From contig NZ_LT934425.1 in the NCBI RefSeq assembly GCF_900232105.1, positions 4,200,001 through 4,232,000 of the forward strand: a DNA stretch of 32,000 nucleotides, written 5' to 3'. The notes under the pieces are model-generated. The model made no database searches, had not been told where the DNA came from, and worked only from the letters and a program-made list of their open reading frames with translations. Made by a program: the position numbers and the translations under genes. This document shows positions 8,874 to 18,032 of the stretch, in pieces; the stretch's first letter is position 1; every line of letters begins with the position of its first letter. This DNA comes from Candidatus Kuenenia stuttgartensis. GTDB lineage: Bacteria; Planctomycetota; Brocadiia; Brocadiales; Brocadiaceae.

Positions 8874-9091
8874 GGGGCTTAGCACCAGTGTCCAATCGTT
8901 ATTCACAGAATATTCGGCTCTACGGCCAAAACCTCACGGCTCATGGTATGGGCAGATCAGAATGGAATATTCTTTTTCGCCGATTCCTTTACCGGCACAA
9001 CTCATAATAAAAGGTGGAACAACTTCCAATCAGGTTTCATGGATTGGTTACCTAACCCGCAACCGGTTCCTTGCACCACCTAATCTGCTTG

Positions 9092-10144
9092 CTACCCAAA
9101 CATTTTTTTCTCGTCGTAGTTTACTTGCTCCTTTATTATGTAATAACATGCCCTGGCCAGCTTATTGCTCAAGGCTTTCGTTGCCAGAACTACATGGCTC
9201 TTTGACGCCTTCCTCTGATGCCATTTCCTTCCCTTTTCGCAAAATCTTACGTGAAAATGCGCTGCCTCCACATACGCCCACGCAAGGTATTTATTCCCGT
9301 TCTTACGGTTTCCTTTCCCTTTGCTCTTACCATTCGATAATTTTTTTGCCGATACGCATCTGCAATAAGATGAATACATCCCCACATCACTAAATCGCTC
9401 TATGTTCCCAGTCTCCAGCATTATCGTCATTGCCAGGATTTCGCCTATCCCAGGCACCTTGAGCAATTTCTTATACGGCTTCTTTAGCTTCACCTCCTTT
9501 AATACCGCTTTCTCTATCTTGTATATCTGCTTATTTAATACCTCTATTACCTCGTGATCGCACTGTGCTGACATGGTCAAATGCACGTCGCTGAACATCC
9601 CCATTACCTCTTCGTTACTCAGCTTCTTTATCGTATCACCGCTTATCGGTACTCCTTTGTTACGGTTTACCATCGTTTGCATACTCAATATATGCGCTGT
9701 CCTTTGTTGTACCAACATCATCCGCTTCCTCAGTAAATCCCTCACTGACCGCGTCTCTTTGGGATAAATATATCCCTCTGGTAATATCTTTAACCGTAAC
9801 ATCTTTGCCAACCAAAACGAATCCCTCGTGTCGTCAATGTACTTTAATCCCTCATACTGCTGCATTGCCGATGTATTTGCCAGGTGTACCTGATAGCCTG
9901 CCTCCATCAGACCATCCACTATCCAGTACCAGTTAAAGGTCGATTCTACTACTATACCCTTTATTTCTTTTTTGTATGGCTCTAATACGCGCTTTATTTC
10001 ATTGATGTCATTACGGTTTCTCCTCTTGAATACCTTCCGATCCTCCTCATCGAGTATTCCAATATAATTATTATCACCATGTAAATCTATTCCTACGAAA
10101 TATCCCATTGCTCGCTCCCTCCTTACTTTGTTATTATTTAACAA
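9092..10144 (-). CDS. IS110-family transposase/recombinase (DEDD N-terminal domain plus Transposase_20 C-terminal domain), 350 aa
   Basis: N-terminus MGYFVGIDLHGDNNYIGILDE, C-terminal block PGIGEILAMTIMLETGNIERFS...YSSYCRCVSAKKLSNGKSKGKGNRKNGNKYLAWAYVEAA. SD AAGGAGGGAG lies upstream. Element ends not determined. Confidence 0.9.
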   Translation of the reverse strand: MLNNNKVRRERAMGYFVGIDLHGDNNYIGILDEEDRKVFKRRNRNDINEIKRVLEPYKKEIKGIVVESTFNWYWIVDGLMEAGYQVHLANTSAMQQYEGLKYIDDTRDSFWLAKMLRLKILPEGYIYPKETRSVRDLLRKRMMLVQQRTAHILSMQTMVNRNKGVPISGDTIKKLSNEEVMGMFSDVHLTMSAQCDHEVIEVLNKQIYKIEKAVLKEVKLKKPYKKLLKVPGIGEILAMTIMLETGNIERFSDVGMYSSYCRCVSAKKLSNGKSKGKGNRKNGNKYLAWAYVEAAHFHVRFCEKGRKWHQRKASKSHVVLATKALSNKLARACYYIIKEQVNYDEKKMFG

Positions 10145-10300
10145 TCGCCTTTCACGGTATCCTCCATTTTACCATGAAGAGTGCGCTCGGAGGTGCCTTC
10201 TATATGATTATCAGGTTTGCAACCTGAACCAAACGTTTTATACTTTCAATCCAGCCTTCTATTAGCAGAACAAATGACAAATAAATTCCAGATTCCAAAC
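10145..10300 (-). ncRNA. Non-coding leader of the IS110-family element; candidate bridge-RNA region (unverified)
   Basis: About 150-190 nt without an ORF immediately upstream of the recombinase gene. It contains a hairpin TCAGGTT-TGC-AACCTGA (10211-10227). This is the position where IS110-group elements encode their bridge RNA. No covariance model was run. Confidence 0.3.
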
Positions 10301-10425
10301 AGTCATCATGTTTCATTTGCAACACCCGGAAACGATGAAAATGGTTTTATAACCCTATCGTGTTGTAGTATGTGTACTTAAACTATTTTTTTGTAGTCTT
10401 ACTTTAGAGTCGGAAACATCTGGCA
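10300..10425 (+). repeat. Direct repeat DR1 (~100 nt well conserved plus ~25 nt weaker), paired with 10759-10885
   Basis: CAGTCATCATGTTTCATTTGCAACACCC...TGTAGTCT recurs 459 bp downstream with about 90% identity. Both copies are preceded by an AATGACAAA(A)TAA unit. Confidence 0.8.
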
Positions 10426-10469
10426 TTTCTGTTTCTGTACCGGTTCAAATGTATAGGGCCATCCAAAAA

Positions 10470-10736
10470 GTATCAGCTTGTCATTGCAAGGGTCTCTCAG
10501 CTTGTCATTGCGAGGGTCTTTTCCGAAGCAATCAGTATACTACGAGATATTTCGTGACGTAAGAAACGCCATATCGCAGGAGAAGCAAATTAAGGGTGGC
10601 TCAAGGGCTTAAAAAATAGAATTAATTAATGGAATGAATGCAGGATGGAAGGATCTCTATGACGGTTTATGAGATTGCTTCGGAAAAGACCCTCGCAATG
10701 ACAAGCTGAGACCCTCGCAATAACAAGCTGATACCC
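10470..10736. repeat. Large palindromic element: 64-bp inverted arms enclosing a GIY-YIG gene remnant
   Basis: The left arm (10470-10533) and right arm (10673-10736) are near-perfect reverse complements. Each arm is a tandem of CAGCTTGTCATTGC(A/G)AGGGTCT units plus TTTCCGAAGCAATC. Confidence 0.85.
10541..10672 (+). pseudogene. C-terminal remnant of a small GIY-YIG (UPF0213-type) nuclease gene with an internal stop
   Basis: Translation YEIFRDVRNAISQEKQIKGGSRA*KIELINGMNAGWKDLYDGL* matches the conserved tail of small GIY-YIG proteins (…AI.REKQIKGWSR.KK..LI...NP.W.DL). The N-terminal half is absent. Confidence 0.6.
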
Positions 10737-10758
10737 TTGTAATGACAAAATAAGTCAC

Positions 10759-10885
10759 CAGTCATCATGTTTCATTTGCAACACCCAGAAACGATAAAAA
10801 TGGGCTTATAACCATATCGTGTTGTAGTATCTGTATTTAAACTATTTTTTGTAGTCTGATTTTCGAGTCAGGGATTTTGTGCATT
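10759..10885 (+). repeat. Direct repeat DR2, partner of 10300-10425
   Basis: See DR1. The alignment was read directly from the sequence. Confidence 0.8.
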
Positions 10886-10972
10886 GGAATTTTACCGCAG
10901 TACATGGCCCCATTATACGCATAAACTCATAGGTTCAGGTTGCAAGCCAATGTCATTAAGTTAAGAATTATT

Positions 10973-11229
10973 GTAACACTTTGGTTTTTAAAAAAAACGT
11001 ATTACCGATAAGCTCCGTAGGAGCAACCTGTTTGTAGATAGGATACCATAACAGATCGTAGAGACAGGTTTGAAACCTGTCTCTATAATCAGGAGCGGCC
11101 TGTCTTCCTGTCAATCATATACAGGCCGCTCCTACGGAGCTATTTACCTGTTGAATTTTATTGCGCTACAAACAGACCGCCCCTAAAGGGGCTACATTGT
11201 TTTTTATGTCCCCTTGGATTTTTCAAATA
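10973..11229 (+). mobile_element. N-type MITE copy N1 (GTAACACTTT... terminus); its right terminus is split by MITE M1 and by ISAzo13 copy A
   Basis: Collinear with N2 (20223-20444) and with the reverse complement of N3 (31147-31422), with shared GCTCCGTAGGAGC hairpins. The expected right end TTTTTCAA.AAACTAAAGTGTTAC is broken into TTTTTCAAATA / [M1] / ACTAA / [ISAzo13]. Confidence 0.7.
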
Positions 11230-11418
11230 TAGTCAAACAAATAAGGTTTTCGAAAAATTTACACACCCCCGGCCCCTCTTTTTAGGGGGGAGATAAGAAG
11301 TCCCCTCTATCAAGAGGGGATTTAGGGGTGTGTTTGATAATATGCCTAGTCAAATAAATCTGTTTTTTAGAAAGCCATTTTATCGCCAAATCTCTAAAAT
11401 CATATTTGTTTGGCTATA
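11228..11418 (-). mobile_element. IS630-derived MITE, copy M1 (~187 bp plus TA duplications)
   Basis: Termini TATAGTCAAACAAATA... and ...TATTTGTTTGGCTATA, with a core of GC-rich hairpins (CCCCTCT-loop-AGAGGGG). Near-identical to M2 and M4. The terminus matches the IS630-family element end at 28861. Confidence 0.85.
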
Positions 11419-11423
11419 ACTAA

Positions 11424-13336
11424 GGCACTGTCCAAAAATAATTTGGTATTTTTATTAATTTAGTTAAGTGAAATTGTATAATTCCAATCTGGCAAGACAC
11501 TGTGTTTGTTTATGTTTATTTCTTTCATTTGGTCATCAGTGATTTTGATTCCTTTTTGGTATTCTTTCTCGTTAAGAATGGTTTGTACGAGAAGACCCGC
11601 TGTTGTTGTAGTGCCAGCAATTAAACTTAGCATAACATCATAAGACCTCAAAGGATTCCCCTCCCAATTTTTACTGATAAAACTAAACAGACGATGTTCT
11701 ACCGGATTCCATTTTGATGCTCCTGAGGGATAGTGGCAAATCCTGATGGAGAGTCCGTAAACTTTACAAATATTTTGATAAAGCGCATATTTCCACAACC
11801 GGGGACGAAATCCGTTGCTCCCTCCTGCGTCACAAAGAATAAGGAGTTCTTTTGCGCATGGATACCTCTTCCAACCAAATTCATCCAGCCAAATCTTAAT
11901 TGACTCGACTGCAAATTCCGGTGTGTCATAGGACGTACCAACAATAACTGTCCCTAAATTAGTCAGCAATTCATAGATACCAAACGGACATCCAACACCA
12001 ATTGCCTGAGAACGAAAATCATGGGCCAAAACTTCATTTACTATTTTTGTCCACGCCTTGCCCTCATTTCTGAAATTACCTATCAATTCCTTTTTCTTAC
12101 TGTCAACACTGATTATTGGCTGACCAGAATCTTCAAAATACTTTTTTGTCTCATTAATAATTTCAAACTGTCTATTACGGTCCGGATGACGTGTCTCTGC
12201 TATCGTTTTGCGATTTACTCTCAGAGAATAATCCATGTCCTTAAGAAGCTTACTAACTGTTGTTGCACATACGCTTACACCTCTATCACCGCATTCTTTT
12301 TTTAGAGTACGTGTGCTTCTTCTCGTCCATATTTTTCCTTTACCCATTGGGTCTCCTGCAGTATCGCCCTCCATCAATTCTTCAAGAAGTTTTACCACAT
12401 CAGTTTTTTTTTAATCGAAGAACGACCTGAACCAACCTTACGTATCCGTCCCGGTGTAATGTTCTTACTCGAAAGTTCCCGACGCCCCTTGGCAATTGTT
12501 TTTACATTTATGCCGGTTAGCTGTGAAAGTCTTAAATCGCCGCCATGTCCCAGTTTCATTGATTCTAAACCAAGATAAAGCCGTTTCTGCCTTTCATCAA
12601 GTATGGAAAGAAATGTCTGCAGGCAATCCGTAACCACTTCACTCCCAAAGCCGGGAATTAATACCTTTTCTTCCTTACAAGCACACAACATGATTGACTG
12701 TTTACGTCTGGCGAGTTGATCCGTACCTAACACCTTGGAGATATACAAATATTCTCCGGCAATCTGCTCGCGCAAGACCCTTCCAGATACCACTAATTGA
12801 GTCAGTGCATTAAAGACTCGCACATGTACCAGCGTTTGAAGCTCCGAGGCAAAATAACCTTCCTGGGATTTATTAATGATGGCCTCGAGAGTATCTACAA
12901 GACTTCCTTGTTGAGAAAAATATATTTGATTGAAACTCCAAATGCCATATTTATTATAGCTTGCAAGTGTATCCAGTGTATGGTATTTGCCCGCATGGGA
13001 ATAACTCGCACGATGTCCGAGCGATTTTAGCTTCCTGAAAACCGTTGCTTTTGAAGTCGTTCCCAAAGCTTCTTTGATACTGTCCAGAGTTAAAACGACA
13101 TCCCTGCTGAATAGTCCCAAGAGCTTGCGATGAGAATACTTAGCTAAACGCATAATGACACCATTAGGATTAATACGCCGGATAAAATACCACTTAATCC
13201 TAATGTTATCATAATGGCTGGAGGGTGTCAATGCCTATATTTACTAGTTGTAACGGCTATTACCGTGACATACACAAAGACACTGCAACGATACTATTGG
13301 TACTATACAATACCATGTTATTTGTGGTCGCTCCCA
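11424..13336 (-). mobile_element. ISAzo13-family insertion sequence, copy A (intact, 1913 bp)
   Basis: Shares both ends with copy B: TGGGAGCGACCACAAATAAC... and ...TTATTTTTGGAC(A/C)GTGCC (imperfect IRs, 13 of 18). It contains the two overlapping transposase frames. Confidence 0.85.
11460..13231 (-). CDS. ISAzo13-family transposase encoded in two frames (12392-13231 and 11460-12398) joined by a -1 shift in a run of nine A
   Basis: Upstream frame: LDERQKRLYLGLESMKLGHGG...GRIRKVGSGRSSIKKK. Downstream frame: GDPMGKGKIWTRRSTRTL...NRKTIAETRHPDRNRQFEIIN...LILCDAGGSNGFRPRLWKY...HYPSGASKWNPVEHRLFSFISKNWEGNPL. These match single-ORF ISAzo13 (PF07592-type) transposases. The A9 run is the complement of 12404-12412, and the frame relation is -1. 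Confidence 0.85.
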
Positions 13337-13710
13337 TAGCTAAGATTTTAAAAGACATAAACAACGGGGATCAGGTTACAAACCTGCTCCCACCCGAACC
13401 ATCCAAGAGTGTACATCCCGAAAGACGCCATCATAAATTCATCTACGGCTTTACCGTTGCCTCATACGAAAAATCCTCCCCCCTCGTCATAGACCCCATC
13501 CTCGAATACTCCACCTACCTTGGAGGAGGCGACACGGATCATGGCTATGGCATAGCGGTGGACGGCGCGGGGTCTGCCTATGTTACCGGATATACTGAGG
13601 GCAACGGCCTCCCAATCGTGGGAACAACGACTCCTCACGGCGGCAGTTATGACGCCTTTGTCACCAAGCTTGGCACATCGGGCAGCAGCATCGAATACTC
13701 CACCTACCTT
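13337..13710 (+). pseudogene. Middle fragment of a broken SBBP-repeat surface protein gene ('gene X'): linker plus first SBBP repeat
   Basis: HKFIYGFTVASYEKSSPLVIDPILEYSTYLGGGDTDHGYGIAVDGAGSAYVTGYT...DAFVTKLG...EYSTYL aligns with LIYGFKVASYDKTKELVIDPLLASTYLGGSSNDYGVAIAIDGSNNVYVTGNT of the intact paralog. Bounded by ISAzo13 copy A on the left and a transposase fragment on the right. Confidence 0.8.
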
Positions 13711-14230
13711 CAGAACTCCTGATCTGGTGGAATTTGATTTGATACCAAATTATATACAAGGCGCAGATTTGTGCCTGGGAATAATGTTTCGGAACTATTA
13801 AGTACATCGCATAATTGCTGAACATATCTGTTGTTCCTTGGGTTTGTCATGTTATGAATCGTTATCCTTAAGACGCCATTCTTTTCATCCGGCATTATAT
13901 CTGCATCTGTCATAAAAATTTGACGTACCAGTGATCTTGCTTCATCTTTTTTAGAAATATATTCCTGCAATGTATTTGCCATTGCCGTCTCTGCCCGATA
14001 AGCAATCATTTTGATTGTGTCTACGAATTGCTTTCCGCTCTTCTTTAAATCCTGAAATTTCTTATCTTCCGGGAGTTTTGAAAACTCTATATGTTTCTCC
14101 GTATTCTTTTTTGTCGCCTTGAGTTGTTCAATCTCTTTCTCCAGCGTATCTATCGATTCTCTTATTGTTGCTTTCTCCTGTACATACTTCCGGATATCGG
14201 GTTCTTCTCCTTTCCTGACGGAAATAAGAT
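13710..14230 (-). pseudogene. 3' fragment of an unclassified transposase gene (5'-truncated IS remnant)
   Basis: The C-terminal ~170 aa (…FVDTIKMIAYRAETAMANTL…IMPDEKNGVLRITIHNMTN…LCDVLNSSETLFPGTNLRLVYNL) resemble, from memory, the conserved tail of a DDE transposase family that I cannot name. The sequence interrupts gene X exactly after STYL (13710). The upstream boundary (~14230) is approximate. Confidence 0.4.
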
Positions 14231-14906
14231 AGATGGCGTTGCAAGTACTAATTTCTACGACGCCATATTTACTCCCACAAGCGTTCTTTCTTACGATACT
14301 ACTTATACGGCATTCGCCACTACGAAAATCCAGGCGGCAAACTGGACGGGAACAACAATAGAATCGAATCATTCATGGAGTTTCACCACAGAATCCGCCC
14401 CGATAGTACCCACACCGACCACGGCAGCAGCGGTGTCGCCCACACCCACGGTTTTATTAACGCCGACCCCTACAATCACATCACAGCCCTCGCCAACCCC
14501 GACGGTATCGCAGGACGTTATGACACTGAGCAAGGATGTGGCGTATCTCTCCGGTGATACGGTGATTGTCACGGTAGCGGACGGCGACAGAAACACCGAC
14601 GCAGGGACAAAGGAGATACTCACCACTGCCATAAAGGTTTCGGGCGATAACTATTATATCGGAAGCGACCTCCTGCTGGATTTAAACGAAGACGGCGCTG
14701 ACAGTGGCACATTTATAGCGACCATAAAGACATGTACTACCACGAGCGGAGGGGCAGGTGCAACGGCGCGGTCAAATATCGGTACGGTAAAGACCGTGCA
14801 GGACGGTACGGTTACGGTGGCATACAGCCCACCTTCCGCCGTATCAGTCACAAAGAAACTCTCTTTCAGCAATTTTGACGCACCGCTTGCATTCAGCCGT
14901 CCTGCA

Positions 14907-15097
14907 TATAGCCAAACAAATATGATTTTAGAGATTTGGCGATAAAATGGCTTTCTAAAAAACAGATTTATTTGACTAGGCATATTATCAAACACACCCC
15001 TAAATCCCCTCTTGATAGAGGGGACTTCTTATCACCCCTCTAAAAAGAGGGGCCGGGGGTGTGTATATTTTTCGAAAACCTTATTTGTTTGACTATA
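14907..15097 (+). mobile_element. IS630-derived MITE, copy M2, inserted in a coding sequence
   Basis: Near-identical to M1 and M4. Flanked by TA (14907-14908 and 15096-15097). The insertion is 189 bp, a multiple of 3, but it brings in a stop at 14943-14945. Confidence 0.88.
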
Positions 15098-15494
15098 TCT
15101 CACCGGGGAATATGCGGAAATCACCCTCAATAATGCGGAGTCGAACGCATACCATAAAGAGGCGGAAACGCTTTTAGAGAAAGTTTATGTACAGACCTCT
15201 CAGTTTAACATTGCAGGGGTAAGTATGGCGGAGACGGGTACCGATACGGGTATATTCATGGGTTCAATACAGATAAGCGCAGATTCCACACTCGACTATG
15301 AACACATACAGGCGGCAGACGGAGATACCCTGACGGCGAGTTTTTATGACGAGACAACCATTACCGGGTTCCCGCAATTGGTGACGGGTACCTGTTCAGT
15401 ATCGGCCCTGCCTGTGCCAACGGCGTCCCCTGCCTTCACACCGGCAACACCAGTTCCCTCGCCGTCAATTACCCCTGTAGCAACGGTACCCGTT

Positions 15495-15548
15495 CCTACA
15501 CCTACACCTACACCTACACCTACACCTACACCTACACCTACACCTACA
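15495..15548 (+). repeat. Perfect hexanucleotide microsatellite (CCTACA) x9, encoding (PT)9
   Basis: Counted directly: nine contiguous CCTACA units, in frame within the TP-rich linker. Confidence 0.95.
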
Positions 15549-15960
15549 CCTTCTTCTTCACCCACCCCCGGGACGCCTAGCAAGGCGGAGAAGATAGCGG
15601 TATCGCCGGACTCATTATCTCTGGGAAAGGGTGAGGAAGGGCAGGTGACGGTAATGGTCACTGATGCGGATGGCTTCGGTATTGAAGGGGTCAAAGTGAG
15701 GGGAAAAACAACCACGAGTAACAATAAAAAAATAAAGGTGAAGCCTTCACACCAGAATACAGACGCAGAGGGCAAGGCCGTATTTACCATAACGGCAAAG
15801 AAGAAGTGCAAGAAAAATAATTGTGATGCAAAGGCACGCTTCAAGGCGAAGGGGGTGAAGGAAAAAGCAGAAGTGACCGTCCGGCTGGTGGAATAGGCGT
15901 AAGGCTTTTAATGGTTGATTAGTTGAATCCAGAATCATAACCGGACGTATGTTGGTCAAC

Positions 15961-15995
15961 CCTGACAGGGTGAGGAACCCTGTCAGGGTTTTTTT
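15961..15995 (+). terminator. Rho-independent terminator downstream of the surface protein gene
   Basis: 10-bp stem CCTGACAGGG (15961-15970) with CCCTGTCAGG (15978-15987), a 7-nt loop, then a T7 run (15989-15995). It lies 65 nt after the stop at 15896. Confidence 0.75.
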
Positions 15996-16214
15996 ATGGG
16001 TTCAGGCTTGCAAGCCAATGTCATTAAGTTAAGCAAACGGCCGCAAAAGTCCCACTTAATAAAGGCGGAAAAAGGGTGTTGTTTTTGATTAAATAATTCA
16101 TAGCACCTTTGGGAGCGACCACAAATAACATGGTATTGTATAGTACCAATAGTATCGTTGTAGTGTCTTTGTGTATGTCACGGTAATAGCCGTTACAACT
16201 AGTAAATATAGGCA

Positions 16215-17926
16215 TTGACACCCTCCAGCCATTATGATAACATTAGGATTAAGTGGTATTTTATCCGGCGTATTAATCCTAATGGTGTCATTATGCGTTT
16301 AGCTAAGTATTCTCATCGCAAGCTCTTGGGACTATTCAGCAGGGATGTCGTTTTAACTCTGGACAGTATCAAAGAAGCTTTGGGAACGACTTCAAAAGCA
16401 ACGGTTTTCAGGAAGCTAAAATCGCTCGGACATCGTGCGAGTTATTCCCATGCGGGCAAATACCATACACTGGATACACTTGCAAGCTATAATAAATATG
16501 GCATTTGGAGTTTCAATCAAATATATTTTTCTCAACAAGGAAGTCTTGTAGATACTCTCGAGGCCATCATTAATAAATCCCAGGAAGGTTATTTTGCCTC
16601 GGAGCTTCAAACGCTGGTACATGTGCGAGTCTTTAATGCACTGACTCAATTAGTGGTATCTGGAAGGGTCTTGCGCGAGCAGATTGCCGGAGAATATTTG
16701 TATATCTCCAAGGTGTTAGGTACGGATCAACTCGCCAGACGTAAACAGTCAATCATGTTGTGTGCTTGTAAGGAAGAAAAGGTATTAATTCCCGGCTTTG
16801 GGAGTGAAGTGGTTACGGATTGCCTGCAGACATTTCTTTCCATACTTGATGAAAGGCAGAAACGGCTTTATCTTGGTTTAGAATCAATGAAACTGGGACA
16901 TGGCGGCGATTTAAGACTTTCACAGCTAACCGGCATAAATGTAAAAACAATTGCCAAGGGGCGTCGGGAACTTTCGAGTAAGAACATTACACCGGGACGG
17001 ATACGTAAGGTTGGTTCAGGTCGTTCTTCGATTAAAAAAAAACTGATGTGGTAAAACTTCTTGAAGAATTGATGGAGGGCGATACTGCAGGAGACCCAAT
17101 GGGTAAAGGAAAAATATGGACGAGAAGAAGCACACGTACTCTAAAAAAAGAATGCGGTGATAGAGGTGTAAGCGTATGTGCAACAACAGTTAGCAGGCTT
17201 CTTAAGGACATGGATTATTCTCTGAGAGTAAATCGCAAAACGATAGCAGAGACACGTCATCCGGACCGTAATAGACAGTTTGAAATTATTAATGAGACAA
17301 AAAAGTATTTTGAAGATTCTGGTCAGCCAATAATCAGTGTTGACAGTAAGAAAAAGGAATTGATAGGTAATTTCAGAAATGAGGGCAAGGCGTGGACAAA
17401 AATAGTAAATGAAGTTTTGGCCCATGATTTTCGTTCTCAGGCAATTGGTGTTGGATGTCCGTTTGGTATCTATGAATTGCTGACTAATTTAGGGACAGTT
17501 ATTGTTGGTACGTCCTATGACACACCGGAATTTGCAGTCGAGTCAATTAAGATTTGGCTGGATGAATTTGGTTGGAAGAGGTATCCATGCGCAAAAGAAC
17601 TCCTTATTCTTTGTGACGCAGGAGGGAGCAACGGATTTCGTCCCCGGTTGTGGAAATATGCGCTTTATCAAAATATTTGTAAAGTTTACGGACTCTCCAT
17701 CAGGATTTGCCACTATCCCTCAGGAGCATCAAAATGGAATCCGGTAGAACATCGTCTGTTTAGTTTTATCAGTAAAAATTGGGAGGGGAATCCTTTGAGG
17801 TCTTATGATGTTATGCTAAGTTTAATTGCTGGCACTACAACAACAGCGGGTCTTCTCGTACAAACCATTCTTAACGAGAAAGAATACCAAAAAGGAATCA
17901 AAATCACTGATGACCAAATGAAAGAA
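16215..17926 (+). pseudogene. ISAzo13-family transposase, copy B, 3'-interrupted
   Basis: Same two frames and the same A9 run (17034-17042) as copy A. The copy A protein ends ...DDQMKEININKHSVLPDWNYTISLN, whereas copy B reads ...DDQMKEVKNPPAEQVALG* from insert-derived sequence. Confidence 0.85.
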
Positions 17927-18032
17927 GTAAAGAATCCACCCGCGGAGCAGGTGGCTTTGGGATAACCCCTATAAGGGGATGAAAATGCCTTCCTTCCAAA
18001 GGAAGCAAGGTTGAGTTGTCCCCATTTTAAAT

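Larger units (their letters stand above)
14229..15896 (+). pseudogene. C-terminal part of a surface protein (Ig-like domain, TP-rich linkers, C-terminal Big-like domain); 5'-truncated and interrupted by MITE M2
   Basis: SWSFTTE (end of an SbsA-type Ig domain), PTPT linkers, and a C-terminal AVSPDSLSLGKGEEGQVTVMVTDADGFGIEGVKV...AEGKAVFTITAKK, homologous to the C-terminus of the 1092-aa paralog. Removing 14909-15095 plus one TA restores one continuous frame (…FSRPAYLTGEYAEITLNNAES…). Confidence 0.75.

Noticed and set aside
8872-9393. 173-aa plus-strand ORF running from the IS4 target duplication into the IS110 gene
   Set aside because: Its 3' 300 bp (9092-9393) is antisense to the well-supported IS110 transposase C-terminus. 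It has no SD, no motifs and a proline/serine-rich composition.
10932-10948. GGTTCAGGTTGCAA motifs as possible tRNA T-arms (GGTTCGA-like), also at 15999 and 21317
   Set aside because: There is no acceptor stem, D-arm or anticodon-arm complementarity in the flanking 70-90 nt. The flanks are shared repeat sequence instead.
13225-13338. ORF beginning MSMPIFTSCNGYYRDIHKD (also at 16024-16221) that appears to give the SBBP fragment an N-terminus
   Set aside because: This part is the terminal, non-coding end of ISAzo13 and is identical in both copies. The apparent fusion is read-through from the IS into the interrupted gene.
15495-15548. Possible CRISPR-like or other spaced repeat arrays (the TP microsatellite and the SBBP repeats at 22700-23470)
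   Set aside because: The repeats are contiguous or coding, with no unique spacers of regular length and no cas genes. They are a protein-coding microsatellite and domain repeats.
14369-15844. Antisense ORFs 14369-14632, 14654-14995 and 15344-15844 (GVGVGV-rich)
   Set aside because: They mirror the TP-rich linker on the opposite strand and cross MITE M2. The sense-strand surface-protein frame is supported by homology.
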